From the human T2T-CHM13v2.0 reference genome, Homo sapiens: a stretch of 64,000 nucleotides of DNA. The notes beneath the pieces are model-generated. The model was not told the origin of the DNA. It saw nothing but the letters and a program-made list of their open reading frames with translations, and searched no databases. Where the stretch lies: the NCBI RefSeq assembly GCF_009914755.1, contig NC_060933.1; one strand, given 5' to 3'. The translations under genes were made by a program, and so were the position numbers. Each line of letters opens with the position of its first letter. Position 1 is the first letter of the stretch. Shown here piece after piece: positions 1 through 13,699 of the stretch.

Positions 1-373
1 CTGCTGTCTGTGGACAGCAGAGCTGAGAGAGCACTGTAACACGCCCTCTGGGGCCTTGGGCTTGCAGGCACCCCACCTGAATGCTGCTGTGGGGCCCACA
101 CAGAGTTTACTCCTGTCAACACTGAAGCAGCCAGTTCCTGCACTTGCTTGCTCTGGTTCCCACACTCACTTGCCTGCTTACTCCCTCTGGCAAGGAGCAG
201 AGCCCAGTGGACCCAAGTGAACCAAGTTCACTCCTGCTAGAGCCAAAGTGGCCGGTTCCTGCGTTTGTTGGGTCACATGCTCCCTCCCGCAAGAAGTTGA
301 ACAGGGCAGGCTGAGTAAATGATGCACCCCTGTCACGAGTCCCACAAAGGGGTCAAGAAAATATCTTGCATCA
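1..373 (+). repeat. 3' part of the proviral 5' LTR
   Basis: Aligns to 8057-8314; ends in CA just before the PBS. Confidence 0.9.
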
Positions 374-375
374 TC

Positions 376-393
376 TGGGGGCTCATCTGGGAT
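376..393 (+). other. Primer binding site, tRNA-Pro
   Basis: TGGGGGCTCATCTGGGAT vs canonical TGGGGGCTCGTCCGGGAT; both mismatches are CpG deaminations. Confidence 0.9.
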
Positions 394-1827
394 ATGTCAG
401 AAGGGTGAGTAAATGCAGATCTGTCGGATCTGTCTCTTCTTGCCCTCAAACTTTCCTCTGAAGGCAAATGACCCACCAAACCTCTGAGTGGCCAGTTAAG
501 GGCAAATGGTAGAGCTGCAGAGGACAGAACGTGACCCTACCACCTCTCTTTCTTTTGGGTGAAAGGAATGTTGGCTGTTTCCTTTCACAGAGGTCTAGCC
601 ATCGCGTGAGACCAGGATAAGGTCCTGGGGCAACTGAAAGCATCTGGCTGAGGCCATGCCCCACTGTTGCCAGAAGACCCCTAGACTTGACCCTGTCCCC
701 AACTGCCCGTTAGGGTGTCAGCCATGACCCCCAGACTTTTCTGTGCTATTTTTACTTCCTTCTTTCATGGCTCCTATCTCTTCTTTTATAATGTTAAGGG
801 TGTTGCTGCAAATTGCAGAAACGTTTAGGTGGAATGAGCGTTTGGCCCAACCATCAGATATGCAATTCAGAACAATGTGATTTCCATCTGTTCTTAGAGG
901 TTCCATCCCCACTCCCACCACAACAGCTGCAGGTACACAGTGGCTCCCCTCCCCGCTCCCAGCTGGGGTGCTTGGATGTGTCTGTAGCATGCATGTGCCA
1001 CGCCCAGTGGCCACACAGGGTGGGAGAGAACCATGGCTGTCACCCAGATCCCAGGGCAGTTTCAGGGGCCAAGCTGGCCAGCATTTCCCACTCACCATCC
1101 CCTCCCACCATGCACCCAGAGTCTTTCCTCCCCTGGCTGAGGGGTCCAGCTTGGTCCAAACCAGAGGAAGGATACAGTCATTAAAGGAACCTATCTGCAT
1201 AGAGCAAGAGGTTTTCTCCCACTTAAGCCATTTTTTTCCCTCTTTCCTTTTCTATGCAAGAGGGTTCTTTTCCCACCTCAGCACTCCGCTTATGATAGGG
1301 AAGCAGAGGAGGAGTGACCCCACTGGCTGATAACTGCAAATTTGGCAAGGCCCATCTGGGATTTAATCTAAATGAACCCATGCATCCCCTCAGACACCTT
1401 TTTGTTGCAAACTTAATTCCAAGCTTTGGGTTGAATCCCTAGAAAGGAAAGCCAGATCTGAGCAATCTAAAGCCAGGCAACAGGCACAGTATTAATGGGC
1501 AAGACTAATTCCTGGTGATTAAGCCCCCGCTTCATGGAAGGAGGCCATGCTCCATGGCATAGATGAGGCCCAGGGAACCCAAATGCTGCCGACAGTAGGG
1601 TGGATGGAGGTATAGGTGAGTGCAGATAAATCCTATTCTCTAGGCCCTCCCTGCTTTACGGGTGCAGGCCACACTGGCACCCATGGGCAGTGTCTGTCTA
1701 AGGTCACCAGGACTCAGGGATAAAAAGAAGAAAAAAGAAGGACACCCTTTTTTCTCTTTTTCACACCCTGGGTTTTCACTGAAAGAGGGAAGAGAAATGA
1801 GGGGATCCTACTTCCCTGTCTTTAAGA

Positions 1828-3300
1828 ATGGGCAACCAATCGTCTTCACCGTCCTCAGTCTATATACCTCTGGAGTGTATCCTGAATCACTGGGACTGCT
1901 TTGACCCTCAGACTCTGGAGGAAAAACACTTCATAGTCCTTTGCACAAAGGTTTGGCCAAATTATGATCTGCAGGAAGGACTGGCTTGGCCTCAGGAAGG
2001 AACCATTCATTTTGATACCATCCTGCAGTTGGATTTTTTCTGTAAACGTGACGGCAAATTGCCTGAGGTCCCATATGCGCAGGCTTTCTTTACCTTGCAG
2101 GGTAATTCAGAAGCACAGTAGGACTGATCCTGCACTCCTGTTTTCCCATCTCAGGAGCTGCAAGAGGCAATCCCAGAGAACTAAGGAAATAAATCCCAGA
2201 GGAACCTCCAACAGGAAAGCCAGCTCCCTCTGGCCCTGCTTCTCCAGGTCCACCCTGTTCTCCCTATCCAGTTTCTCTCTCTCTCACTTGCCCCCTCCTA
2301 GAAATCCTTACCCTAGACAATTCCCAGTCTCACTCTTGCCCTTCCAACAGATGCCTGGTGAATTTGGCCCCAGTAAGGTCCAGGTCTCCTTCTCTGTACA
2401 GGACGTAAGGTAAATTAAGGGAAATCTTGGCAAGTTTTCAGATGACCCTGACAGATATATAGAAGCTTTCCATAATTTAACCCACGTATTTGAATTTTCC
2501 TGGCCTGGAAAGACATTATGTTACTTTTTTATCAAACCCTGACTAACACAGAGAAGCAGGCTGCTCTACAAGTGGCAGAGAGATTTGGGGATGAGTTTTG
2601 TACTCACATAGTATCAGGGAAGGTGACACACTTTACCCAACTGGGAGAGAAGCAGTACCATTAGATGACCCTAAATGGGATCCCAATGATGAGATGGGAG
2701 AATGGAAGAGGAAATACTTTCAGATGTACATAACAGAGGGCCTCTATAAGACTAGAACTAAGCCCCTCAATTATACCAAGCTATCCATGATAAACCAGGG
2801 ATTTTATGAGAATCCCACTGCCTTCCTGGAAAGGCTAAGAGAGGCCTTGGTAAAGTACACCTACGTCCCAATTCAGTTGAGGGACAACTAATCCTAAAGG
2901 GTAAATTTATTACTCAGGCAACCCTTGGTATCAGGATGAAGCTCCAGAAAAGGCCCTGGAACCAAATAGTACTTTAGAGAACCTCCTGAAAATGGTCACC
3001 TTGGTCTTTCACAATAGGAATAGCAAGGCCCGAGAGAGAGAGGAGACATGGGAAAGAGACACAGGCTTTAATGGCCACCATGCAAGCCTACAAACTCCAG
3101 AATCCCCGAGTTGCACTCATTAACTGCTACAAATGTGGCAAGCCAGGGCACTTTAGGAAAAAATTGCCCAGGCAGCATGAGGAAGCCACCTCGACACTGT
3201 TCAATCTGCAGTGGGGACCACTGGAAGGCAGACTGTCCCCAGGGATGCTGGTCACTGGGTCTAGAGCCAATCTCCCAAATGGCCTAGCAGGATTGATGGG
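1828..3300 (+). pseudogene. gag: ERV gag remnant (MA-CA-NC), disrupted
   Basis: MGNQ...PLECILNHWDCFDPQTL...WPQEGT matrix; capsid ENPTAFLERLREAL; zinc knuckle CYKCGKPGH at ~3125; stops and frameshifts. Confidence 0.88.
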
Positions 3301-3329
3301 TCCCAGGGCTCCTCTCTCCAGCTCCAGTG

Positions 3330-6300
3330 GTCCAGACCACCATTACCATCCAGGAGCACTAGGGAATTCTGGAAATCGAAGGGAGGAAACTGGACCTCCT
3401 TCTGGACACTGGCGTGGGTCTCTTGGTTCTCCTCTCTAATGTGGGCCCCCCTCCTGCCTTAGCATGACCATGAGGGGTGTCTCAGGAAGGCCTTTAACCT
3501 GATACTTTTCCCAACCCCTTAGTTGTAGTTGGAGAGGCCTCTTGTTCACCCATGCCTTTCTAATAATGCCTGGAAGCCCAACTCCTCTGTTGGGCAGAGA
3601 TATTCTGCCTCATATGAGGACCACCATTCTCATGGCCCCAAGACAAACTCTTTGTCTCTCCCTAGTGGAGATAGATATTAACCCAGAAGTTTGGGCGATT
3701 CAAGGGAAAATTGGCTGAGCCACAACCACCACCCTACTAGTCTTGATCTACTTTAATGGTCCCACCTCCTTTCCTATCAGAGACAATATCCCCTGAAACT
3801 AGAAGTTAGAAAAGGACTGGAAGCCATCATTGATAACTTAAGGTTTCAGGACCTCCTCAAACTCTGCAACAGCCCTTGTAATACCCCGATATTGGAGATA
3901 CAAGAACCTAACAGGGAATGGAGACTAGTTCAGGACCTCTGCCTCGTTAATGAGACTGTGGTTCCAGTTCACCCAGTGGTTCCCAATCTATATACCCTGC
4001 TAGCTAAAATACCTTAGGGAACTAAATGGTGCAGTCCTGGACCTAAAGGATGCCTTCTTCTGCACACTGTTACACCCTGACTCCCAGTATTTATTTGCAT
4101 TTGAGGATCCCTCTAACCAAACCACCCAGTTAACCTGGACAGTGTTACTTCAGGGATTCCGAAACAGCCCCCACTTTTTTGGGCAGGCATTGTCAAATGA
4201 CCTGAGTTCCTTTATCCTCAGGTTGAAGTTTTACAATACATAGATGACATTCTCCTCTGCACTCCAACTGAGAAAAGTCTCTCAGTATGGCTCTTCTTCA
4301 TTTTCTAGCTAACAGAGGATATAAGGTTTCAAAATTGAAAGCTCAGTTCTGCAGACTTCAGGGAAGTACCTAGCTCTGGTCTTGTCAGACGGGACAAGGG
4401 GGTGGGCGTTAGGTGAAAAAAGGATTAAGCCCATCTCCTCCTTTCCCTTCCCCAGAACCCTCAAGCAACTGAGGGGATTATTGGGCATTAAAGGATTCTG
4501 CAGAGTATGGATAGCTGGGTATATGAAATAGCTCTTCCCTTATATCACTTAATAAAGGAGACTCAGGGAGCTAAAACTCACTCCCTAGTTTAGGAACCAG
4601 AGGCTAGAAAGGCCTTAGACCAATTAAAACAAGCCTTGCTTAAGGCACCAGCCCTTAGTCTTCCCATAGGGAAGACATTTAATCTTTACATGTCAGAAAG
4701 GAAGGGAATGGCTCAGAGCTACTCACGCCCCGGGAGTTCTAACCCAGGCCCAAGATCCAGCCCAGTGGCCTGTAGGCTACCTAAATAAGGAGCTTGATTT
4801 GGTTGCCAAAGGATGGCTGGCCTGCCTCTGGGCAATTGCAGCAGTAGCCTTTCTGCTTGTACCTTTTGGGTACCAGAGGCTACTAAGTTAATGATGGGGA
4901 ATAACTTAACCATTTACACTCCACATAATGTGGCAGGACTGCTGTCCTTTAAGGGGAGTCTCTGGCTAATGGACAACCACCTCCTCAGATATCAAGCTCT
5001 GTTATTAGAGGGATCTGCAGTTCAATTAAGAAACTGCCCCTCCCTAAATCCAGCCACCTTCCTCCAAGAGGAAGCTGGGGAGCTTGAACATGACTGCAAA
5101 CAGATAGTAGTACAAACCTAACGCAGTCAAAGAAACCCCCATAAGTAGTACAAACCTATGCAGCCACAAAGGACCTCAAGGAAACCCCATTAAAGAACAC
5201 AGACTGGATTCTCTTTATGGACACAAGTTCTTCTACAGAACAAGGGATCCATAAAGCAGGGTATGCAATAGTTACCTTGAATGATATTGCTGAGAGTGCA
5301 TCTCTCCTTGGGCACAAGTGCTCAACTAGCCAAGGTAATTGCCCTCACGAGGGTACTTGAATTAAGCAAAGGGAAAGCAGTTAACATTTATACTGATTTT
5401 AAGTATGCTTTCCTAGTCCTCTATGCCCATGCTACTATCTGGAAAGAGAGGAACTTCCTCACAGCTAACATGTCTCCCATTAAATACTATCAGAAAATTA
5501 ATAAACTATCATATTCAGTTTTCCTCCCATGGGAAGTGGCAGTAATACATTGTAAAGGCCACCAAAAAGGGATGGATAAAATAGCTTAGGGAAATAGGTT
5601 GGCAGACCAAGCAGCTAAATCAGCACCAAGAGGGCCCAGATTTCTGATTCACTTGAAGCCCCTCTGATCTGAGAGGGCTCCATAAGAGAAATAAAACCTC
5701 AGTATTCTCCTTCAGAAATAGAATGGGCCACTTCTTGAGGATATATCTTTCAGTTCTCAGGATGGCTACAATTGGAGGATGGCAAGCTTCATCTACCAGC
5801 TGCCAACCAATGGAAAGTTCCTTAAAGCCTTCAGCAGGCCTTCCACCTAGGTAAGGATAAAACCTATCAGTTGGCCCAGAGGTTGTTCTCAGGAGGAAAA
5901 AAAAAACACCTGATACAAATGGTTAAGCAGGTCGTTAATGTTTGTAAGACTTGCCTTAAAAATCATCCCCTGAATCAGTGGCTTCTTCCCCCTGGAACCC
6001 AAAGAACAAGAGGCTACCCAGGTGAAGACTGGCAAATGGATTTCACCTCTATGCCAAAGGCAAGGGGCACCCAGTATCTCCTAGTATGGAAAGATACATA
6101 CCTTCACTAACTGGGTAAAAGCATTTCCATGTCAAACAGAGAAAGCCTCCGAGGTGATAAAAGTAGCAATTAATGAGATAAATTCTTGCTTTGGACTCCC
6201 TGAGTACCTCCAGAGTGATAATGGCCCCTTGCTCAAGGCAGCTGTCATCCAGGGGGTCTCAAAGGTAGTGGGCATACAGTACCATCTTCATCGTGCTTGG

Positions 6301-6760
6301 TGACCACAATCCTCAGGAAAGTAGAAAGGACAAATGATATTATCAAAAGGAACCTCAGGAAACTGTGTGAGGAGACTCACCTCCCCTGAACTACCCTTGT
6401 TCCCATGGCCCTACTATGTGTGAGAAACACCCCTTCAAAGCTGGGTCTGAGTCCCTTTGAAATTATGTATGGACAGCCTTTTCTCACCAATGATTTCTTG
6501 CTAGACCAAGAAACCTCTGATTTGATTAAACATATAACTTCTTTGGCCCATTTCCAACAGGAACTGAACTAGGGCAATGTCTGTTCAACCCAGGGGACCT
6601 GGTACTGGTAAGGGTAGTCCTTTCCCTTTCTCCCTCTACCAGCCCAGATTGGGAGGGACCTTACACTGTACTTCTTTCTACTCCTATGGCAGTGAGTGTC
6701 ACTAGAATAGATTTTTTGATTCATTATACTCAAAGTAAAGGCCTGGGGAGCTGATGGTTC
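3330..6760 (+). pseudogene. pol: ERV pro-pol remnant (protease, RT, RNase H, integrase), disrupted
   Basis: LLDTG (~3395-3412), GRDIL (~3592), DLKDAFF (~4040), YIDD (4237-4248), RNase H SAQLA...NIYTD..YAF and HCKGHQ, integrase CKTC and PGEDWQMDF. Confidence 0.9.
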
Positions 6761-7123
6761 CAATTCACCCAGTGATTCCCAATCCAGAAGAGCACCCAAA
6801 GTGCTAATGTGAAGAAATTGGGGAACTCAAGCTAAAAATCACAAAAGAAGTGTTAATAATTAATTTTCCATGAATATCCTCCTTATAGTCTTGCCTATCC
6901 CTGATGTTCTTACCTTCATTCTGTTCTGTAACATGGGGTGCCTTTATCAAAGACTCCTTAATCCTGAACACCCATGGGAATATCCATTTCCCTAAACAGT
7001 TATTGCTCCCCTAAAGTGTAACTGATTTCATATAAGGTTTAATTTATTTCACCAGGGTGAAACAGCTCAGGGTGCATTATTTTTTTCAGAAGGATTAGTA
7101 TATTTCACTTATTTCTGTAATCT

Positions 7124-7309
7124 TTGGCACTAGATTCATTCCTTTTAACTCCTTTTTGTATAATACACATATTCAATCCATGTATACTTAACCTCGTAAA
7201 ACTTGTTTCTTCTTGCCTAGAGGCCATCAAGCTCCAAATGGTCATACAACCTCGGAGAATGGCTCCCTTTTGCCAGGGACCCTTAGGTAGACCTCTGAGG
7301 GAAATCTGA
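7124..7309 (+). pseudogene. env: env remnant: TM cytoplasmic tail only
   Basis: PCILNLVKLVSSCLEAIKLQM...GPLGRP resembles the ERV9/HERV-W-type TM tail; there is no room for SU or the ectodomain. Confidence 0.7.
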
Positions 7310-7415
7310 CTGCCATTTTCCTCAAAATAACACCCCCCTGTTAGCAGGAAGTAGCTAAGATCAGTCATCATCCATATGCTAACAGCAGTTAGATGTGCCT
7401 CTTCAGAGGGGGAAA

Positions 7416-8314
7416 TGATACAATGATAGAGGCAGGAGGCAGAGAAATTCTAGGCAGACAGGGGTGGGTCCCTGGCAAAACCCCACTTTTAAGCCAAAAA
7501 GCCTGAAACCCGCAGCCCAAAGTGAGAACTTCCACTCTTGTGTGCCCACTCTCTCCCAACTGGTTCTTTATGAATAATGTTTTAAACCAGTCAAATGTCT
7601 CCTTTTCCAAAACTACCTATGGCCTGCCCTGCCCCCATTCTGTGCCTATAAAGACCCCATATTCAGCTGGCAGAGAAAAGCAGCAGCTAGACGTCAGGAA
7701 GAAGCGACTGGACATCAGGGATAGGTGACTTTGAGATGGCAGCTGGATAAGGCAATTTGACTTCAGGAGAGAGAGGCAGAAAAGCAGCTTGACTTCAGGG
7801 CTCTACCCTGAAGGGCAGGTCTCCCAGACCTGTCCCCTTTCCAGTTCCCGTTTGCTGAGAGCCGCTTTCATCACTCAGTGAAATTCTCCACATTCACCAT
7901 CCTTCAATTTAACTACATGACCTCATTCCTCTTGGGCACTGGACAAGAATTTGGAACACATCAGGTGCAGGTATCCAAACAGGCTGTCACACTGGCCCTT
8001 TGCCCTCACTGGCAGAAGGCAGCTGCTCCATGCAATGAGGCAGAGGGCCCACTGAGCTGCTGTCTGTGGATGACAGAGCTAAGACAACATTGTAACACAC
8101 CCTCTGGGGCCTTGGGATTGCAGGCACCCCACCTAGATGCTGCTGCAGGGCCCACAAAGAGTTTGCTCCTGCCAGTGCCAAAGTGGCCGGTTCCTGTACT
8201 TGCTCACTCATATGTTCCTGCCTGTCTCCCATGAGGGGTTGAATAGGGCAGCCTGAGTAAATGAGGCACGCTGTTGTGAGTTCCGTGAAAGCGTTAAGAA
8301 AATATCCTGCATTA
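7416..8314 (+). repeat. Proviral 3' LTR (~900 bp; LTR27/LTR28/MER52-like group)
   Basis: Starts with TG after PPT agagggggaaa (7405-7415); TATA-like cctataaa at ~7646; matches the 5' LTR end. Confidence 0.88.
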
Positions 8315-8320
8315 CAGCTA

Positions 8321-8772
<452 letters not shown>

Positions 8773-9132
8773 GAGAGAGAATTCTATTTATACTGCCACT
8801 GGGGAGAACCACTGAAACACTCACTTCACTAAAAAGTGCCTGATTACATTTATCTGTGTCAAAATAATTTATTAACTTTGGATCTTGCCATAATATACAT
8901 GACACACGTAACAGAGTGCAGAAAAATCAAACATTTTTATTTATTTATAGGCATTGATTCCCTCATATAAAGCAACACCATCTGTTTAAAGCTCACAAGC
9001 GATTAGAACTGAAAGCATCCTATGAAAAAGCAAACTGATATTTAAAAAAAGAAGAATTGAACACAATAATATATGTGAGACTAATTAACTTGCAAATTGA
9101 TCTCCCCCACAGAATGGCCAGCAGTCTATGCT

Positions 9133-9635
9133 TGAAATCGCCTTTGTAAAAGTTTTATCAGTGAGAAAATTATAACAGTAAGCTAAACTAACCCAACTCC
9201 CATCTTGCCTTTCCCCTAATTATTCCTGGGCTATTGGGCCAACAATGAAAGACATTTAGGCTACAGTTTAAATGATAACAGGCCTTGTTCAAAACTCAAC
9301 TGCAGTTGTAAAGCTAATGGGAGGCCATCAGGGTGGGGGGAGGAGAGGAGCCTGAATCGTGGTGCATCCTGTGAAAAAGCAAAGGAGGTTGTAAGACATG
9401 CAACTTCCCCAATTACTCCTGCAAATAACACCACTATTGTAGATTGGCCTTTTGGGATATCTTTCCAGTTTTTTTTGTTGTTGTTGTTTGTTTTTCATGT
9501 CTGACACCCATATAGCTCCACCTGGACCCATGGCTCCATCCAGACCAACAACTCCACTTTTGTGGCCCCACCCAGAAGCAATTCGGATCCCAAGAGGACA
9601 GCTTCAACCCTCTATGATTTCCTCTCCATCCCAAT
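9133..9635 (+). mobile_element. Truncated ERV1 LTR (LTR8/LTR26-like)
   Basis: Begins tgaaatcgcctttg; shares blocks with the LTR at 10290 (ccatcttgc, cactattgta, tgtggccccacccag, gacagctt). Confidence 0.65.
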
Positions 9636-10289
9636 CAAAAATTTTTGAAAAGCATTGTTTTCTTTACCCTTAATATTTTTTCAAAAAAAGACAATGGACA
9701 GTTGAAAATATGAATACTATTAATAAGTATGGGATTACAAACTGAATATATTTAAGAAATATTAGGGATGTTGAAAGTGGAAAATCTTAAACCTTATTGG
9801 TTTATTGAGCTAGTTAATGGTGTTTTTCAATTGTGACTACAATAACAAAATTAAAGAACTTATATGAAATGTTGGAGAGATAGCCTCAAAGATTGTGACT
9901 AAAAGACAAGGTATTATTTGAGACTATATTTCAGCTATTAGGTTTACGATCTTCACCTTATACCTGGTCTATCTATTCTTGGATGTGTTCAACTTTTGCA
10001 TAAGCATTCAGGAAGGCATATATGTATAAAAGTAAGGAATTGCCTACAACCTGGCCTTTTCCATAGCTGTGATAGTGCTTCACACAGTAGAACACACCCA
10101 GGAAATAGGCAAGCCAGTGCAGACCCAGGTGCAGGCAGCACCTAAACCACGCAGGTGTAGAATCAGATAGAATCATCCCCAGACACCAGGTCAAAGTGAG
10201 GCCCAAGTCAACAAACTCAAGAGGCCTTGAGAGTGGAAAGGAGAATTAGGAAGCTACTCCTAGCAGGCTGGCTACTGGGACTAAGGACA

Positions 10290-10983
10290 TGAAATCGCCA
10301 TTGCAAAATTATAACTGAGACAGTGACACAGATCTGACCTGCCCAACTCCATCTTGCTTCTAACCTCCAAGCTGTCCTTGTTCATTTCTAGGCGTAGGCT
10401 GAACTAACTTTGATAGGCACTTAGTTTATAGCTTATAGTCTGAAACAGAGATAACAGCCTTTTCCCAAAACAACACTGCCTTTGTGGGACTAATAAATTA
10501 GTCAAAAGATGAGAAATTACGGTTTAGGAGTCATGTAGCTGGAAGCTACAAGATTCTGACCCTCTCCAAATTGCTCCTGGGGATAACATCACTATTGTAA
10601 AACCTAAGATCAGTGTTGGAGATATTTTGCAGACCCTGCACTTGATGGATCAGCTGGCACCCCCCATATATTGATAAACTTGCTCATGTGACTTTGTGGC
10701 CCCCACCCAGGAACTGACTCAGCACAAGAAGACAGCTTTGACTCCCTATGATTTCATCTCTGACCCAACCAATCAGCACTCCAGACTCACTGCCAACACC
10801 CTAAATTATCCTTAAAGGCTCTAATCCCAGAATGCTCAGGGAGACTGATTTGAGTAATAATAAAACTCGAGTCTCCCACACAGCTGGCTCTGTGTAAGTG
10901 ACTCTTCTCGACTGCAATTCCCCTGTCTTGATAAATCAGTTCTGTCTAGGCAGTGGGCAAGGTGAACCCACTGGGTAGTTACA
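10290..10983 (+). mobile_element. Solo LTR, LTR8-like
   Basis: TG...CA termini, 4-bp TSD GACA (10286-10289 / 10984-10987), AATAAA at ~10859. Confidence 0.88.
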
Positions 10984-11220
10984 GACAGAAGGAGAACTAA
11001 GAAGCCTCCACACAGCTATGATCAAACCTCAATGAGCAGCCACAAAAGAGTCTCCACTAGTTCAGAAAGAGCAATAATTAGTCAGCACCTAATATATACA
11101 ACAGGTTGTCCTGGAAATTCCTTATGTGAAACAAAATGTGAAATTTGACATATGATTTGTACTGTTCTGGTCTGGAAATCCCTAGTTAACACAAATATTC
11201 TTTCACAGCTAATTCTAGAG

Positions 11221-11704
11221 CAGTGCCGTCCAAGAGAAATAATACAAGATACATATATAAAGTTTTCCAGTAGCCACATTAAAAAACAAAAAACAGATGA
11301 CATTAATTTTAATAATCTATTTCATTTAAAACAATATATCCAAAGTGTTATTTCAAAATGTATCACTATAAAAAATTATTAGAGATATTTTACGTTACAT
11401 CTATCATATGAAATCTAGTATATTTTACACATAACAGCATTCAATAGAATACTAAATTTTCATGGGAAATACTTGATCTGTGTTTACAACATAAAATTTA
11501 TAGCTGAAAAAATGGATACACAATTCCCTATTGTTTCAAACTTACTTAAAAGTTTCCCAATAAATAAATTGAATATCTACTTCTAAATTTAAATTTATTA
11601 AAGTTCAATAAAATTTTAAAAATTCACTTCCCCAGTACTATCAACCATACTTCAAGAACTCAGTAGACACATGGGACTAGTGGCCTCCATAATGATCAGC
11701 GCAG
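11221..11704. mobile_element. hAT-Charlie DNA transposon fossil (MER33/Charlie5-like)
   Basis: 8-bp TSD ttctagag / ttctagat; degenerate terminal inverted repeats; gtagccacatt motif. Confidence 0.7.
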
Positions 11705-11805
11705 TTCTAGATAAGCAGACTTCAGGTCTGGCTATCTTCAGAACAGAACTCTTACTGTACAGATGTCCACTCAGAAACAGTAACACCACAGAAATAAGAA
11801 TTCTT

Positions 11806-12252
11806 GGTGTACCAACCCAAATGCCCATCAGTGATAGACTGGATAAAGAAAGTGTGGCACATATACACCATAGAATACTATGCAGCCATAAAAAAATGAA
11901 ATCATGTCCTTTGCAGGGACATGGATGAAGCTGGAAGCCATCATTCTAGTTTGTTAGCAAACTAACAGAACAGAAAACCAACCACCACATGTTCTCACTC
12001 ATAAGTGGGAGGTGAACAATAAGAACACATGGACACAGAGAGGGGAATATCACACACCAAGGCCTGTTAGGGGTGGGGGGAAAGGGGAAGGAGAACATTA
12101 GAACAAATACCTAATGCATGCAGGGCTTAAAACCTAGATGACTGGTTGATAGGTGCAGCAAACCATCATGGCACATATATAACTATGTAACAAACCTGCA
12201 CATTCTGCACATGTATCCTGGAACTTAAAGTAAATTTTTTTAAAATGAAAAA
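11806..12252 (+). mobile_element. 5'-truncated L1PA 3' end
   Basis: L1 ORF2 end and 3'UTR (gttctcactcataagtggga...gaacttaaagta); TSD AAGAATTCTT (11796-11805 / 12253-12262). Confidence 0.92.
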
Positions 12253-12354
12253 AAGAATTCTTTACTTTTGCACAATGCTTTGAGATCTGTAAAATGCTGT
12301 ATAAGCCCAATGAAATATGATGGGTGGAACTTCCTATAGGCTTTTATAAGAAAA

Positions 12355-12700
12355 ATATTTGAGCTCAAATTCCAGCTCAAACACTTCCTATTTGGACCTT
12401 TTACATTAGGCTTGCCCAGCCGCAGTTTCCACGTATGTAGAAAGGGGTGATGATTATTCCCCACCAAGCTCAAGGAGTTGATGTGAAGATTAAATGGGAT
12501 GATATGCGGGAAAAAAACCCATAAAGTTATAGAGATGTTAGCTGTCATTATTACTGTAACTATATGAGGTGGGTATCACCCTTGTTTTACAATAAGGAAA
12601 CAGTCTGGAGAATGTAACTGAATAACCCAAAGTCAGGACATGGTAGAGGAGGGACTCAAAATTGTATCTTCCAGCTCCAAATCAAATACTTTTTCCACTA
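12355..12700. mobile_element. MIR fragments
   Basis: MIR core-like motifs (gcagtttccac...tgtgaagattaaatg; ttttacaataaggaaacag). Confidence 0.55.
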
Positions 12701-13254
12701 TTGGTATCACAAATGCCTTACATAAAATCTAAACAACTCAAATCCGAGGATACTTAGAAGTTAGTAAATAAAAGAAATTTAAATCAAGAAATTAGAATTC
12801 AATATAGCAAAAGATGATGGGAGAAAAATGAGAAATCTTCAACACGTTCTAAAAGGAAATACTGATCATGAGAAGAATGACTGGTTTTATCAAGCAAAAT
12901 TTTTAAGGCTGATTTATTAGCAAATTCTTTCTCAGATCAGAAAGATAGCAGAGAACTTTCAAGTTTTTAAATACAGGTGGTCATTTGTCTCTTACAGAAA
13001 CATCCATTATCAGCTTCCTGAAGAGACTCAGGCATGTCTTGGAAAGCCACAGACCTTTGGGGATAGGTCAGAATCAGAAAACATCTCTAAACCCAGCAGC
13101 ACTTTTCAAGACAACCTATTGTTTGAAACCCAAGGTTTAAATATAACAAGTGAGACAGTGTGAGAATCTCCTTGCTTTAGTTTACTGCACTGATTCATCA
13201 TGGATAACTCTGTAAAAGTAGAGAATTGTTCAGTTAACAAGCTAGCTATCCTCT

Positions 13255-13639
13255 AGGGGTCTGAAACTAGGATGTCGGGCAGGATCTGTGCTCTCACTAA
13301 GCCTCTAGAGAAGGATCCTTCCTTGCCTCTCCCAGCTTCTGGTGGTTCCCAATAATTCTTGGCATTCCTTGGGTTGGATGCATTGACCCACTGTCTGTCC
13401 CCATCATCATGGGCATTCTCCTCCTATGTCTATCTCTGTGTCTCTTCCTCTCCTTACAAGGCTGTCATTCATATTGGATTAGGGTCTACCCTAATGATGT
13501 TATCTCAGGATATTACTAGGATGTCAACTTGATAACATCTGCAAAAAAAAAACCTATTTACAAATAAGGTCATATTTACAGCTGCCAGGGGTTAGAACTT
13601 CAACGTATCTTTTGGAGGGACACAATTCAACCCGTAACA
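13255..13639 (-). mobile_element. MLT1 (MaLR) LTR
   Basis: ccttccttgcctctcccagcttctggtgg...caaataaggtca...ggacacaattcaacccgtaaca terminus. Confidence 0.8.
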
Positions 13640-13699
13640 ATGGGAATAACCCTTGAATTTGTTTTCTGAGTCTATTTCCTCTCAGATAAACAAGGACTT

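Larger units (their letters stand above)
1..8314 (+). mobile_element. Decayed class I endogenous retrovirus (ERV1, HUERS-P-like): LTR-PBS-gag-pro-pol-delta env-PPT-LTR
   Basis: Two homologous LTR ends (aagaaaatatcttgcatca / aagaaaatatcctgcatta), tRNA-Pro PBS, Gag/Pro/RT/RNase H/IN motifs in order, PPT before the 3' LTR. The 5' LTR runs off the window start. Confidence 0.93.

Noticed and set aside
1828-2121. Intact-looking Gag matrix ORF as a domesticated gene
   Set aside because: Stops after 97 codons within an otherwise heavily mutated gag; open length is compatible with chance.
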